Shown here piece after piece: positions 48,138 to 58,251 of a stretch of 64,000 nt of DNA. Within the stretch, counting starts at the first letter, position 1. Every line of letters begins with the position of its first letter. The notes under the pieces were generated by a model. That model had not been told where the DNA came from and ran no database searches. It was given only the letters and a program-made list of their open reading frames with translations. This DNA is from an uncultured OCS116 cluster bacterium (GTDB taxonomy: Bacteria; Pseudomonadota; Alphaproteobacteria; Rhizobiales; TMED25). Location: contig CACBED010000001.1 of NCBI GenBank assembly GCA_902538185.1, positions 34,195 to 98,194 on the forward strand, written 5' to 3'. Both the position numbers and the translations under genes were made by a program.

Positions 48138-49157
48138 GTGATGAGAGTTTTTTCAGGTATACAGCCATCAGGAAATCTACATTTAGGTAATTACCTTGGC
48201 GCAATTGTAAATTTTGTTGAATTACAAGACGCAAATCAATGTATTTATTGTGTTGTTGACTTGCACTCAATTACAGTATGGCAAGATCCACAGAAGTTAA
48301 AAAGAAATATTCACGAAATAACTGCAGGATTCATAGCCTCAGGGCTAGATCCGAAGAAAAGTATTATCTTTAATCAAAGTAGTGTTCAAGAACATGCTGA
48401 ACTATCTTGGCTTTTAAATTGTGTCGCAAGAGTTGGCTGGTTGAATAGGATGACTCAATTTAAAGAAAAGGCAGGAAACAATAAGGAAAAAATGTCTGTT
48501 GGTCTGTACACCTATCCGATATTAATGGCGGCCGATATACTCGCCTACAAAGCCACCCATGTCCCTGTAGGGGAGGATCAAAAGCAGCATATTGAGCTAT
48601 CCCGAGATATTGCACAAAAATTTAATATTGATTTTCATGATAGGATTCTTGAAATTACCACGAAAGAAGAGTTCTTTGTATTACCTGAGCCTATGATAAC
48701 TGGACCTGTAACTCGAGTAATGTCATTGAGAGATGGCCAGAAAAAAATGTCGAGTTCAGAATTGTCTGATATGACAAGAATAAACTTGTTGGATACTGCA
48801 GATCAAATTTCGAATAAGATAAAAAAAGCTAAAACGGACTCTGAAGCCATTCCTGAAAAGATCTTCGAAATTAAGGATCGTTATGAATTAATTAATTTAT
48901 TATCAATATACGCAGGTATCAGTGGCCAAAGAAAAGAGGATGTACTTTCCGAGTTTTCTGGGAAGCAATTCTCCTATCTAAAAGAGGCCCTTACCGATCT
49001 ATTAGTTCAAAAAATTTGTCCAATTGGAAATGAAATGAATAAGATAATTAACGAAAAAGAGTACCTCGGAAATATACTCAAAGATGGAGCTGAAAAAGCC
49101 AAAGAAATCGCACAGCCTGTTTTAGAAGAAACAAAAAAAATAATAGGTTTAGCATAA
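48138..49157 (+). CDS. trpS: Tryptophan--tRNA ligase
   Basis: 339 aa with [15 protein letters not shown] (HIGH-type) and KMSSS (KMSKS-type). Confidence 0.93.
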   Translation: MMRVFSGIQPSGNLHLGNYLGAIVNFVELQDANQCIYCVVDLHSITVWQDPQKLKRNIHEITAGFIASGLDPKKSIIFNQSSVQEHAELSWLLNCVARVGWLNRMTQFKEKAGNNKEKMSVGLYTYPILMAADILAYKATHVPVGEDQKQHIELSRDIAQKFNIDFHDRILEITTKEEFFVLPEPMITGPVTRVMSLRDGQKKMSSSELSDMTRINLLDTADQISNKIKKAKTDSEAIPEKIFEIKDRYELINLLSIYAGISGQRKEDVLSEFSGKQFSYLKEALTDLLVQKICPIGNEMNKIINEKEYLGNILKDGAEKAKEIAQPVLEETKKIIGLA

Positions 49158-49204
49158 ATTTATGCTTATAATATTGGCATTGAATTCATATTTTACTAAA
49201 TTAG

Positions 49205-49681
49205 ATGTCTAAAAAAATAAGAAAATTTTTAGTTGTTGTAGACGACACGTCAGAATGTCATAGAGCAATCAGTTATGCCTCTAGAAGGGCTATGCAGACG
49301 AAAGGAAAGATAACTTTGCTAAGAGTGGTAAACACATCTGACTTCAAAAATGTTTATGGGGTTGAAGCTATTATGAAACAAGAGGCCGAAGAGAACGCTC
49401 GGGAAATACTAAAAACATATTCCGAAAATGTGAATGCAGACACTGGCTTAGTTCCAGAACTAGTTGTAAGGTTTGGGCAACCAACCACAGAAATTATTGA
49501 TTTTATAAATGAAGATGGTTCCATATCACTTCTTGTATTAGCTGCTGCGACAGATAGCATAAACCCTGGACCACTTGTGTCGCAATTTACAGGATCAAGA
49601 GCATCAAATTTCCCTATCCCAATAACAATTATACCTGGACAAATCACCAAAGATGCCATTCTAGAATTAACAGCAAACTAG
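49205..49681 (+). CDS. Universal stress protein family
   Basis: 158 aa with the alpha/beta USP layout (FLVVVDDT...LLVLAA...G). Confidence 0.7.
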   Translation: MSKKIRKFLVVVDDTSECHRAISYASRRAMQTKGKITLLRVVNTSDFKNVYGVEAIMKQEAEENAREILKTYSENVNADTGLVPELVVRFGQPTTEIIDFINEDGSISLLVLAAATDSINPGPLVSQFTGSRASNFPIPITIIPGQITKDAILELTAN

Positions 49682-49758
49682 GCCAAGAAGTCAGCATAAA
49701 TATAAAGCTTGAATTGTAAATATTTAATATTTAAATTAAAGGTAGAAGGATTTTAATA

Positions 49759-50310
49759 ATGTTTATCGAAACCATATCAACACCAAACCCAAATACTCTG
49801 AAGTTTATACCTGGTTGTGATGTTCTTCCTGGATCAACTAGGGAGTATAAAAATCCAGTAGAAGCTGAGGAATCCCCCCTTGCAGCAAAGATATTCTTAA
49901 TTGATGGAGTATCTGGTGTTTTCTTCTCTGATGATTTTATAACGGTGACAAAGACTGCATATGAATGGCCTCAACTGAAGCCAATTATACTTGGGGAAAT
50001 TATGGATCACTTTCTATCAGACAAACCTTTAATCGTTGGGGTTAGTCAGGATAAACAAGAGGAATTTTTTGACCCCAAAGATAGTGAAACTGTTGATAAA
50101 ATAAAAGATCTCATACAAACTAGAGTTCGCCCGGCTGTGGCACATGATGGCGGTGACATCACTTTTCAAGGATTTAAATCAGGGACTGTTTACTTAAACT
50201 TGCAAGGTGCTTGTGCTGGATGTCCAAGTTCCACCATGACTTTAAAAAATGGTATTGAGAATTTACTCAAACATTACATCCCTGAAGTAATGGAAGTTGA
50301 AGCTATATAA
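49759..50310 (+). CDS. NifU/Nfu-type Fe-S cluster assembly protein (Nfu_N plus NifU C-terminal domain)
   Basis: 183 aa with TPNPNTLKF (Nfu N-domain), RPAVAHDGGDI and GACAGCPSS (CxxC). Confidence 0.85.
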   Translation: MFIETISTPNPNTLKFIPGCDVLPGSTREYKNPVEAEESPLAAKIFLIDGVSGVFFSDDFITVTKTAYEWPQLKPIILGEIMDHFLSDKPLIVGVSQDKQEEFFDPKDSETVDKIKDLIQTRVRPAVAHDGGDITFQGFKSGTVYLNLQGACAGCPSSTMTLKNGIENLLKHYIPEVMEVEAI

Positions 50311-50316
50311 TTTACT

Positions 50317-50994
50317 ATGATTACCCTGCTAATTGATGTTGTCTCAAACAACTCAATAATTGCATTAATATCTGAAGAGAAGCCTAAAACTTTCGAAAAA
50401 ATAAATCTTGATTGCAATCAATTACATAGCGAAAGCATAGTCCCAGCTCTTGAGTTACTTATTAGCAAGAGTACTTTTAATTATTTAGATATTAAAAAAG
50501 TGATTTGTGTGACTGGACCAGGAAACTATACTAACATCAGAACAGGTCTGGCAGTCGCAAAAAGTATATCTTTAGTGAATAACATTGATACATATGGCAT
50601 TACACAGCATGAGCTAATTGCAGAAACTTATCAATATTCAGCTATTTGTGGCGCCTTTATAGTTATAACGCATTCGACAAATAACAATTTTTACTACAAA
50701 GAATTTAATCAGAATAGGCCCGATCCGCTAGATCCAATACTACTCCACGCAGATGAGGTTTTAAATAAAATTTATAAAATTAAATCCAATATAATTGAGC
50801 CTGGAAATGAATTCCTGAATTATCTTATTAAAAATAATTTAAGCGTTAAAAATCTTACAAGCAATTATAGAATCCCAGATAATAATTTTGGTAAAATTTG
50901 TGATTCAAAATCAATCATTTCCAATAATATGGAAGCAAAGTATATTAAAAATCCAAATTTTGTGAAGTATAAAAAAAGGGATATTTATGAATAA
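50317..50994 (+). CDS. tsaB: tRNA threonylcarbamoyladenosine biosynthesis protein TsaB (YeaZ)
   Basis: 225 aa with VTGPGNYTNIRTGLAVAKSI, resembling GPGSFTGLRIG. Followed by an overlapping rimI, as is usual. Confidence 0.7.
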   Translation: MITLLIDVVSNNSIIALISEEKPKTFEKINLDCNQLHSESIVPALELLISKSTFNYLDIKKVICVTGPGNYTNIRTGLAVAKSISLVNNIDTYGITQHELIAETYQYSAICGAFIVITHSTNNNFYYKEFNQNRPDPLDPILLHADEVLNKIYKIKSNIIEPGNEFLNYLIKNNLSVKNLTSNYRIPDNNFGKICDSKSIISNNMEAKYIKNPNFVKYKKRDIYE

Positions 50995-51451
50995 TGTAAG
51001 TATGTATTTTAATTCCGCTAGCACTAATGATATTGAAAATATAATAGAAATAATGAGGGGTGGATATCATAAATGTTGGGATAAAAAATTTTTTCTAAAT
51101 TTAATAGAAAATAAAAATTCAATTTTATACATACTAAAAGACAAGAAAAGCACAGTGGGTTTTGTTGCGTGCACCATATCTGATAGAGACTGTGATATCA
51201 TTATGATGGTTATTGATATCAAAAGTCGAAAAAAAGGTTTTGGATCATTATTGTTGTGTAGCACGCTTTCTTTACTGAAAGCTATGGGTGTCACAAATGT
51301 TTACTTAGAGGTTGCTGTGAATAATATTCGCGCGATTAATCTCTACGAAAAAAATGGCTTTAAAAAAATTAATACCAGACAGTCATACTATAAATATAAC
51401 GAAACGATGATTGATGCAGCATTATATCAAATGGTCAACACCAAAAATTGA
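50987..51451 (+). CDS. rimI: GNAT acetyltransferase, ribosomal-protein-alanine N-acetyltransferase RimI-like
   Basis: 154 aa with a GNAT motif A-like SRKKGFGSLLL and LEV...N..AI.LYEK.GF. Overlaps tsaB by 8 nt. Confidence 0.7.
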   Translation: MNNVSMYFNSASTNDIENIIEIMRGGYHKCWDKKFFLNLIENKNSILYILKDKKSTVGFVACTISDRDCDIIMMVIDIKSRKKGFGSLLLCSTLSLLKAMGVTNVYLEVAVNNIRAINLYEKNGFKKINTRQSYYKYNETMIDAALYQMVNTKN

Positions 51452-51495
51452 TGTTATATTAGAGTGATGGTAAATAGAGAAATAACCAAAATCAG

Positions 51496-51909
51496 ATGGT
51501 TGTAAATAGAATTGAACAAAAATGCATACAAAAAGGCTTGAGAATGACAGAGCAGCGTAAAGTTATTGCTCGAGTACTATCATCATCTCATGACCATCCA
51601 GATGCGGAAGAATTATACAGAAGATCAAATGCGATAAACAATAGCATTTCACTTGCTACAATATATCGTACGCTTAAACTCTTCAACAATAACGGTATAT
51701 TAGAAAAGCATGAGTTTAAAGATGGAAAATCACGCTATGAAACAGTTTATAAAGATCACCATGACCATTTGATTGATATTGAAACAGGAAAGGTGATTGA
51801 ATTTCAGGATGAGGAAATTGAAGAACTACAAGAGAAAATTGCTAATAAATTGGGCTATAATATTATAAATCACCGTCTTGAAATCTATGCAGTAAAAAAA
51901 AATAAATAA
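51496..51909 (+). CDS. Fur-family transcriptional regulator (Fur/Mur/Zur/Irr-type not resolvable)
   Basis: 137 aa with LRMTEQRKVI, SLATIYRTLKLF and HHDHLIDIETGKVIEF. No CxxC pairs, so it lacks the structural Cys4 zinc site. Confidence 0.85.
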   Translation: MVVNRIEQKCIQKGLRMTEQRKVIARVLSSSHDHPDAEELYRRSNAINNSISLATIYRTLKLFNNNGILEKHEFKDGKSRYETVYKDHHDHLIDIETGKVIEFQDEEIEELQEKIANKLGYNIINHRLEIYAVKKNK

Positions 51910-51925
51910 TAAGAAGTAATTAATT

Positions 51926-52699
51926 ATGTCATTTCTTAAGAGCTATTTGATTATTTTTCTCATTATTTTGATAACTACTATATTACTTCCAGTTCAAGTA
52001 TTACTGCATATATTTCAAAAACCACTCTCAAAAATAATCCCAATGATTTACCACAAAATCATTTTAAAATTACTGTCAATAAAAATTGTTGTGAAAGGAA
52101 GTTTCGGTGGGGATGGATCACTAATTGTCTCAAACCATGCCTCATGGGTAGATATACTTATAATAAGTTCCATCATTAAAACATCCTTTGTATCTAAGAG
52201 CGAAGTATCTAGATGGCCTCTCATAAGTTGGTTAGCAAAACTTCAAAGGACAATATTTATAAATAGAAATAATAATAAGGAGCTTGCTAAAACAGCAAAT
52301 GAAATACAAGGTAGAATATCTAACAATCAAAATGTAGTCCTATTCCCTGAAGGAACATCAAGTGATGGGAATAGGGTACTTCCATTTAAATCATCCATAT
52401 TCATATTGTGCGAACTTTCAGAAGTAAGTAAATTTAATATCCAACCAATATCAATTGCTTACACTAAATACAACGGATTGAGTATGACTAGAATTGAGCG
52501 CATGCTTATCGCTTGGTATGGGGATATGGATTTACTGAACCACATATATAATATAATCCGTTCGGGCTCATTTGAGGTAGAAGTAACTTTCCATAATAGA
52601 ATTGACATATCCGAAAAAAAATCTAGAAAAGATATTGCAAGTGAATGTGAAGATATTGTGAGAGATGGATTTCTACAATCTCTTAACAGAGGAGTGTAA
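51926..52699 (+). CDS. Lysophospholipid/1-acyl-glycerol-3-phosphate acyltransferase family (PlsC-like; candidate OlsA)
   Basis: 257 aa with an N-terminal TM segment and acyltransferase motifs SNHASWVDIL and FPEGTSSDG. Lies immediately upstream of miaB, where I recall olsA sitting in S. meliloti. Confidence 0.7.
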   Translation: MSFLKSYLIIFLIILITTILLPVQVLLHIFQKPLSKIIPMIYHKIILKLLSIKIVVKGSFGGDGSLIVSNHASWVDILIISSIIKTSFVSKSEVSRWPLISWLAKLQRTIFINRNNNKELAKTANEIQGRISNNQNVVLFPEGTSSDGNRVLPFKSSIFILCELSEVSKFNIQPISIAYTKYNGLSMTRIERMLIAWYGDMDLLNHIYNIIRSGSFEVEVTFHNRIDISEKKSRKDIASECEDIVRDGFLQSLNRGV

Positions 52700-52704
52700 T
52701 AACT

Positions 52705-54027
52705 GTGAAAAAGGTATACATCAAAACATATGGTTGCCAGATGAATGTTTATGACTCAGAAAGAATATTAGAAGCTCTGGACAAGGAGGGTTTCACTGAA
52801 ACAAAAGACTCTGATGAAAGTGACCTGGTCATATTCAATACTTGTCATATAAGAGAAAAGGCAGCTGAAAAATTATATTCTGACATTGGCAGATTAAAAA
52901 AACAAAATAATACAAAAAAGATTGTAGTTGCTGGTTGTGTAGCGCAAGCAGAAGATAGTGAGATTATTCGGAGAATGCCTGATGTTGATATGGTTATAGG
53001 TCCACAAACTTACCATAAGCTTCCTGGATTAGTATCTAAACTGGATAAAAAGAAGAAAATTATCGAAACGGACTTTCCAATTGAAAATAAGTTTAATTTG
53101 CTTGCAAGAAGAAAAAGGCTCGAAAAAAAGCCTACTGCCTTTTTAACAATACAAGAGGGTTGTGATAAATTTTGTACATTTTGCGTTGTGCCGTACACAA
53201 GAGGCGCAGAGTATTCAAGAACTACAGCGGAATTAATCGAGGAGGCAAAGTCACTTGTTGATCAGGGCGTTGTTGAATTGACATTACTGGGCCAAAATGT
53301 GAATGCATACCACGGAGAGAGCTTAACAAATAGTACCTCAAACTTGGCTCGCTTAATTTATGAATTATCTAAAATATCCGGAATAAAAAGATTAAGATAC
53401 ACGACCAATCATCCAAATGATGTTAATGATGAATTAATTTGTGCACACAGGGATATTGAAAAATTAATGCCTTATATGCACCTGCCAATACAATCGGGGT
53501 CAAATAAGATATTAAAGTCAATGAACAGAAAGCATAATGTTGAAAAGTATATAGATATAATTGATAAAATTCGCTCAGCAAAAAAAGGAATAGCAATCTC
53601 ATCAGATTTTATTGTGGGATTTCCGGGTGAATCAGATAAGGACTTTGAAGACACCTTAGACCTTGTGAAAAAGATTAAATTTGCGCAGGCCTTTTCATTT
53701 AATTATTCTCCAAGGCCTGGCACACCGTCCGCTGACTATGAAGTACAGATCCCTCAAGCAACAAAATCTGAAAGACTAAACCAACTTCAGGGTCTTTTGA
53801 AGGAGCAACAATTCCAATTTAATAATCAGTTTATTGGTAAAACTGTGAAAATATTAATTGAAAAGGTTGGGAAAGAGGGATGTCAGTTGGTTGGCAGAAC
53901 ACCTCATTTACAATCAGTTTTTTTTGAAGATATTAGAAAAGTATATAAAATAGGAGAATTTGCTGATATTAAAATAAATTCTGTGAAAGTTAATAATCTA
54001 AGCGGTGAGTTAATTGAAAACAGTTAA
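52705..54027 (+). CDS. miaB: tRNA-2-methylthio-N6-dimethylallyladenosine synthase
   Basis: 440 aa, GTG start, with YGCQMN, the radical SAM motif CDKFCTFCVVP and a TRAM domain. Confidence 0.93.
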   Translation: MKKVYIKTYGCQMNVYDSERILEALDKEGFTETKDSDESDLVIFNTCHIREKAAEKLYSDIGRLKKQNNTKKIVVAGCVAQAEDSEIIRRMPDVDMVIGPQTYHKLPGLVSKLDKKKKIIETDFPIENKFNLLARRKRLEKKPTAFLTIQEGCDKFCTFCVVPYTRGAEYSRTTAELIEEAKSLVDQGVVELTLLGQNVNAYHGESLTNSTSNLARLIYELSKISGIKRLRYTTNHPNDVNDELICAHRDIEKLMPYMHLPIQSGSNKILKSMNRKHNVEKYIDIIDKIRSAKKGIAISSDFIVGFPGESDKDFEDTLDLVKKIKFAQAFSFNYSPRPGTPSADYEVQIPQATKSERLNQLQGLLKEQQFQFNNQFIGKTVKILIEKVGKEGCQLVGRTPHLQSVFFEDIRKVYKIGEFADIKINSVKVNNLSGELIENS

Positions 54028-55003
54028 GAGTAAACAGAGCCTAACCGTTAACCGATTATCAAACTCTTGTATGAATATTATAATTAATGACTCAAGTAAA
54101 TTGGTTAATATTTTTGGTAAAAATGATGAAAATTTAAGATTAATAGAAAAGGAAGTGTCAGTAGAGATTATACCTCACGGAAATACAATACAAATCTCAG
54201 GTGACAAATCAAATTTAAATATAGCAGAGAGTATTATTCTTGATATGGTTGAAAGAGATAATTTAGGTGTGAACAATAATATTGATGAAGTTTCAGGTTC
54301 TATAAGAGTTAAAAATATTAAATCTGACCAAAAAAAGTCAGAGAAAAATATTATAAAAACAAAAATTAAAACGATACTTCCTAGATCATTAAATCAAGAT
54401 GAATATATAAATTCGATTTATAACAATCCTTTAACATTTGGTATTGGCCCAGCAGGAACTGGAAAAACATACCTTGCTGTTGCAGCTGCTGCATATTTTT
54501 TGGAGGCTGGATTGGTTGATAGAATTATCTTATCAAGACCAGCTGTTGAAGCTGGAGAAAAACTTGGTTTTTTACCTGGAGACCTAAAGGAAAAAATAGA
54601 TCCTTACCTACGTCCGCTATATGATGCACTGTATGACTGCCTTCCAGCAAATAAGGTTCAAAAGGGACTAGATAATAACATAATTGAAATTGCCCCCCTT
54701 GCATTCATGCGGGGCAGAACGCTCGAAAATGCATTTATAATTTTAGATGAGGCACAAAATTGCAATTCAATTCAAATGAAAATGTTCCTTACACGACTTG
54801 GCATCAATAGCAAGATGGTTATTACTGGAGATCCAACACAGATTGATTTACCAGCTAGCGAGAAATCTGGTTTGCTTGAAGCAATCCAAGTTACAAAGAA
54901 TATGAGTCAAACAAAACAAATTAAATTCAGCTCGGATGATGTCGTAAGACACTCACTAGTAAAAAAAATAATAAACGCGTATGAAAAAATACTCAAAAAA
55001 TGA
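54014..55003 (+). CDS. ybeZ: PhoH-family ATPase (YbeZ)
   Basis: 329 aa with GPAGTGKTYLAV and ILDEAQN. The track start is TTG, overlapping miaB by 14 nt. An internal ATG at 54071 is an alternative. Confidence 0.85.
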   Translation: MKTVKSKQSLTVNRLSNSCMNIIINDSSKLVNIFGKNDENLRLIEKEVSVEIIPHGNTIQISGDKSNLNIAESIILDMVERDNLGVNNNIDEVSGSIRVKNIKSDQKKSEKNIIKTKIKTILPRSLNQDEYINSIYNNPLTFGIGPAGTGKTYLAVAAAAYFLEAGLVDRIILSRPAVEAGEKLGFLPGDLKEKIDPYLRPLYDALYDCLPANKVQKGLDNNIIEIAPLAFMRGRTLENAFIILDEAQNCNSIQMKMFLTRLGINSKMVITGDPTQIDLPASEKSGLLEAIQVTKNMSQTKQIKFSSDDVVRHSLVKKIINAYEKILKK

Positions 55004-55451
55004 ACTAGTGCCTGATATAATTATTGATTTTGATGAGTGGGAGAAACATTCTGAAATATATTCAGTCATTGAGAAGGCTACCGAACAGACATTAATTTAT
55101 GTTAATAATACTCAATATGATGAATTAAGCATATTGCTCACATCAAATAAAAACATAGCTGCGCTAAATAAAAAATTTAGAAATATAAATAAAGCTACAA
55201 ACATCTTATCATTTAAATCAGAAAAGCCTCATCTGGGTGACATAGTTCTATCGTACGAATATATATCAGCTGAACTTGTTCAACAAAGAAAAAATCTCGA
55301 TGAGCATTTAAGCCATCTTATAATACACGGTATTCTACATTTATTAGATTTCGATCATGAAAATGACACAAATGCCTTTGAAATGGAAGAAATTGAGATA
55401 AATATTATGAGTAATCTTGGTTACAAAGACCCCTATTTATTACATGAATAA
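54981..55451 (+). CDS. ybeY: rRNA maturation endoribonuclease YbeY
   Basis: 156 aa with the zinc motif HLIIHGILHLLDFDHE. Confidence 0.88.
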   Translation: MKKYSKNELVPDIIIDFDEWEKHSEIYSVIEKATEQTLIYVNNTQYDELSILLTSNKNIAALNKKFRNINKATNILSFKSEKPHLGDIVLSYEYISAELVQQRKNLDEHLSHLIIHGILHLLDFDHENDTNAFEMEEIEINIMSNLGYKDPYLLHE

Positions 55452-55466
55452 TTTGTACTTAAATTA

Positions 55467-57062
55467 ATGGATTTTAATTTAATAAAACCAAATAATCTAA
55501 GCTTTCCAAGAAAATGCCTAATCAATTTTTTGATGGGCTCACTTTCAGTATTATCTCTCGATCCTATAAACTTTTTTGTGATCCTATTTTTTACAATACC
55601 AATTTATATATTTAATTTTGATACTCTTGATGATGAAAAAAATTTTCATTCTAAAAAAATATTTTTCATAAAATGTTTCTTATTGGGTATGTCTTTTGGT
55701 TATGGTTTTTATTTCTTTAGCCTTTATTGGATTAATATTTCGCTGTTAATTGAAATTGAAGTTTACTATCTTCTATTAATGCCAAGCTTGCTATTTGTCC
55801 CATTAGCACTGTCTGTATTTTATGGTTTATCAACTTTATTATTAGCTTTTTTTTACCCAAGAAATATAGCGAGAATATTTATTGTTGCAATTGCATGGAC
55901 AATTTCCGAATATCTCAGAATAAGCATCACTGATTTCCCTTGGGCACAAATTGGTCATTCTCTTATTCACATTAATGCTATTCTACAAATTATTTCTATT
56001 TTTGGTGAACTATTTTTAACAACGCTTACAGTAATAATATTTTCTTTGCCCTTAATATTGATATTGAATAAATCGCCCGAATTAAAATACACATCATTGC
56101 TTACAACTTTATTCGTATTGCTTGGAATCATAACCTTTGGACTATCAAGGCCTGGATTATTAGAAGGTAAAACTGATAATATTGAAATTAATATAATACA
56201 GCCAAACATAAAACAGACAGATAAATGGGATAGAGAATTGGCCCAAGTCAATTTAAACAAGCTAACATCTGCTACAATTGAAATGTTAAATAATAAAGAA
56301 GCATCCTCGGACAAGAGATACTTTATATGGCCTGAAACTGCCACACCTTATTTAATTGATGAAAATTTAGAAATAACTTCTGATTTAGCAAAAAATATGT
56401 CATCAAAAGACTACCTCATGGCGGGCTCTCTGCGGAGAGAAGGTGCAGCAGTGGGTAACCAATCAATTTATAACAGCTTATTTATGATCGATTGGAGAAA
56501 TAAAATTATTGGTAAGTATGACAAAAATAGGTTAGTACCCTTTGGCGAATATTTGCCATTTAGTCAACTCCTATCAAAATTAGGGTTTCTGAATTTTGAA
56601 CAATTATCTGGGAATTTCTCAAATGGTCAAGGAGGTATGACAGTATTGGATGATGACTTGATCATACCTCATGTACTTATATGTTATGAAATTATATTTT
56701 CAGAATTTCTTCATAGTTATAATCAAAAAACAAATTTTATACTGAATGTGACAAACGACGCATGGTTTGGCAGAAGCTCGGGCCCATATCAACATTTTAG
56801 CATGTCGATCCTGAGGGCGGTTGAACGAGGTTTACCAGTTGTAAGAGTCGCAAATACTGGTATTAGTGGGGTAATTGACCCATTCGGCAGAGTAATTATT
56901 AAATCAAAATTAAATACAGAATATTATAACAAGACAATATTACCTCAAAAAACTGACGTAACTTTTTATACAAAATACGGATATAACCCTCTATTTTCTA
57001 TTTTGATGCTCTGTTTTTTATTAATATACTACTCAAACAAAAAGTTAATTTCAAAAAATTAA
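55467..57062 (+). CDS. lnt: Apolipoprotein N-acyltransferase
   Basis: 531 aa with a polytopic N-domain and a C-terminal CN-hydrolase domain (WPETA, KNRLVPFGEY, ICYEIIF). Confidence 0.85.
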   Translation: MDFNLIKPNNLSFPRKCLINFLMGSLSVLSLDPINFFVILFFTIPIYIFNFDTLDDEKNFHSKKIFFIKCFLLGMSFGYGFYFFSLYWINISLLIEIEVYYLLLMPSLLFVPLALSVFYGLSTLLLAFFYPRNIARIFIVAIAWTISEYLRISITDFPWAQIGHSLIHINAILQIISIFGELFLTTLTVIIFSLPLILILNKSPELKYTSLLTTLFVLLGIITFGLSRPGLLEGKTDNIEINIIQPNIKQTDKWDRELAQVNLNKLTSATIEMLNNKEASSDKRYFIWPETATPYLIDENLEITSDLAKNMSSKDYLMAGSLRREGAAVGNQSIYNSLFMIDWRNKIIGKYDKNRLVPFGEYLPFSQLLSKLGFLNFEQLSGNFSNGQGGMTVLDDDLIIPHVLICYEIIFSEFLHSYNQKTNFILNVTNDAWFGRSSGPYQHFSMSILRAVERGLPVVRVANTGISGVIDPFGRVIIKSKLNTEYYNKTILPQKTDVTFYTKYGYNPLFSILMLCFLLIYYSNKKLISKN

Positions 57063-57079
57063 GAACGGTGAGTACACAG

Positions 57080-58249
57080 ATGTCAAAGAACGCCTACCTA
57101 TTTACAAGTGAGTCTGTATCGGAGGGGCACCCTGATAAAATTGCAGATCAATTATCTGATAGAATTTTGGATAATTTAATTCTTCTTGATCCAAATGCAC
57201 GCGCAGGGATTGAAGCATTAGTAACGTCTAATCTTGTAATACTGGCAGGTGAAACTAGCCTTATAAATTTTCGTGAAAAAATCGATCTTGAAGATCTTGT
57301 AAGAAATTGCATTCGTGAGATTGGATATGAAGATGAAAATTTTCATTGGGAAAAAATTGAAATCATTGATAAAATTCATGGGCAGTCTGAAGATATTGCC
57401 CAAGGAGTCGTGGAGACAGAAAACAAAAACCAGGGAGCTGGTGATCAAGGTATAATGTTTGGTTATGCGACTGATGAGACTGATAGCTACATGCCCGCAC
57501 CCCTTTATTTTGCAAATCAAATTTTGTCAAAAATATCTATTGAAAGAAAAGCAGGTAATATGCCAGAGCTTGGACCTGATGCAAAAAGTCAGGTAACCCT
57601 GATGTATGAAAATGATTACCCTGTATATGCAGATAAAATTATCGTATCGAACCAACATAATGAATCCGCAGAAAATAGCTATGTGAGAGACATACTTTTG
57701 GACGTTATTTTATCCGCTTTACCGGAAGGATGGATAAAAAATAATAAGGATCTAATAATTAATCCAACAGGCAGATTTGTCATTGGTGGACCGGATGGTG
57801 ATGCTGGACTAACCGGAAGAAAAATCATTGTTGATACCTATGGCGGGGCCGCCCCTCATGGTGGAGGTGCATTCTCAGGAAAAGATCCTTCAAAAGTTGA
57901 CAGATCAGCTGCTTATATGGCCAGATATATTGCTAAAAATATTGTGCACGCAAAAATAGCTAAGAAATGCCAAATTCAAATATCGTACGCTATAGGTCTC
58001 TCCTACCCTATGTCATTTTATTTGAAACTGGATAATAGTGCTAATATAGATACAAAAAAACTATCTGACGCAATTATGAAAATTGTTGATTTATCTCCAA
58101 AAGGGATAGTGGATCACCTATCACTAAAAAATCCAATATATTCAAAAACAAGCTGCTATGGTCACTTTGGTAGATCTCCAGATCCGGATGGTTCATTCTC
58201 ATGGGAAAAATTAGATTTAGCAGAAAAACTTTTATCAGAACTTTCTTAG
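57080..58249 (+). CDS. metK: S-adenosylmethionine synthase
   Basis: FTSESVSEGHPDK, GAGDQG and GGGAFSGKDPSKVDRSAAY. The ATG at 57080 fits the family N-terminus better than the track GTG at 57068. Confidence 0.95.
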   Translation: MSKNAYLFTSESVSEGHPDKIADQLSDRILDNLILLDPNARAGIEALVTSNLVILAGETSLINFREKIDLEDLVRNCIREIGYEDENFHWEKIEIIDKIHGQSEDIAQGVVETENKNQGAGDQGIMFGYATDETDSYMPAPLYFANQILSKISIERKAGNMPELGPDAKSQVTLMYENDYPVYADKIIVSNQHNESAENSYVRDILLDVILSALPEGWIKNNKDLIINPTGRFVIGGPDGDAGLTGRKIIVDTYGGAAPHGGGAFSGKDPSKVDRSAAYMARYIAKNIVHAKIAKKCQIQISYAIGLSYPMSFYLKLDNSANIDTKKLSDAIMKIVDLSPKGIVDHLSLKNPIYSKTSCYGHFGRSPDPDGSFSWEKLDLAEKLLSELS

Positions 58250-58251
58250 TT

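Noticed and set aside
49151-49166. 16-nt perfect palindrome AGCATAAATTTATGCT spanning the trpS stop codon
   Set aside because: It would form only a 6-bp AT-rich stem with no following U-tract. Such palindromes are common at this base composition, so there is not enough evidence to call a terminator.
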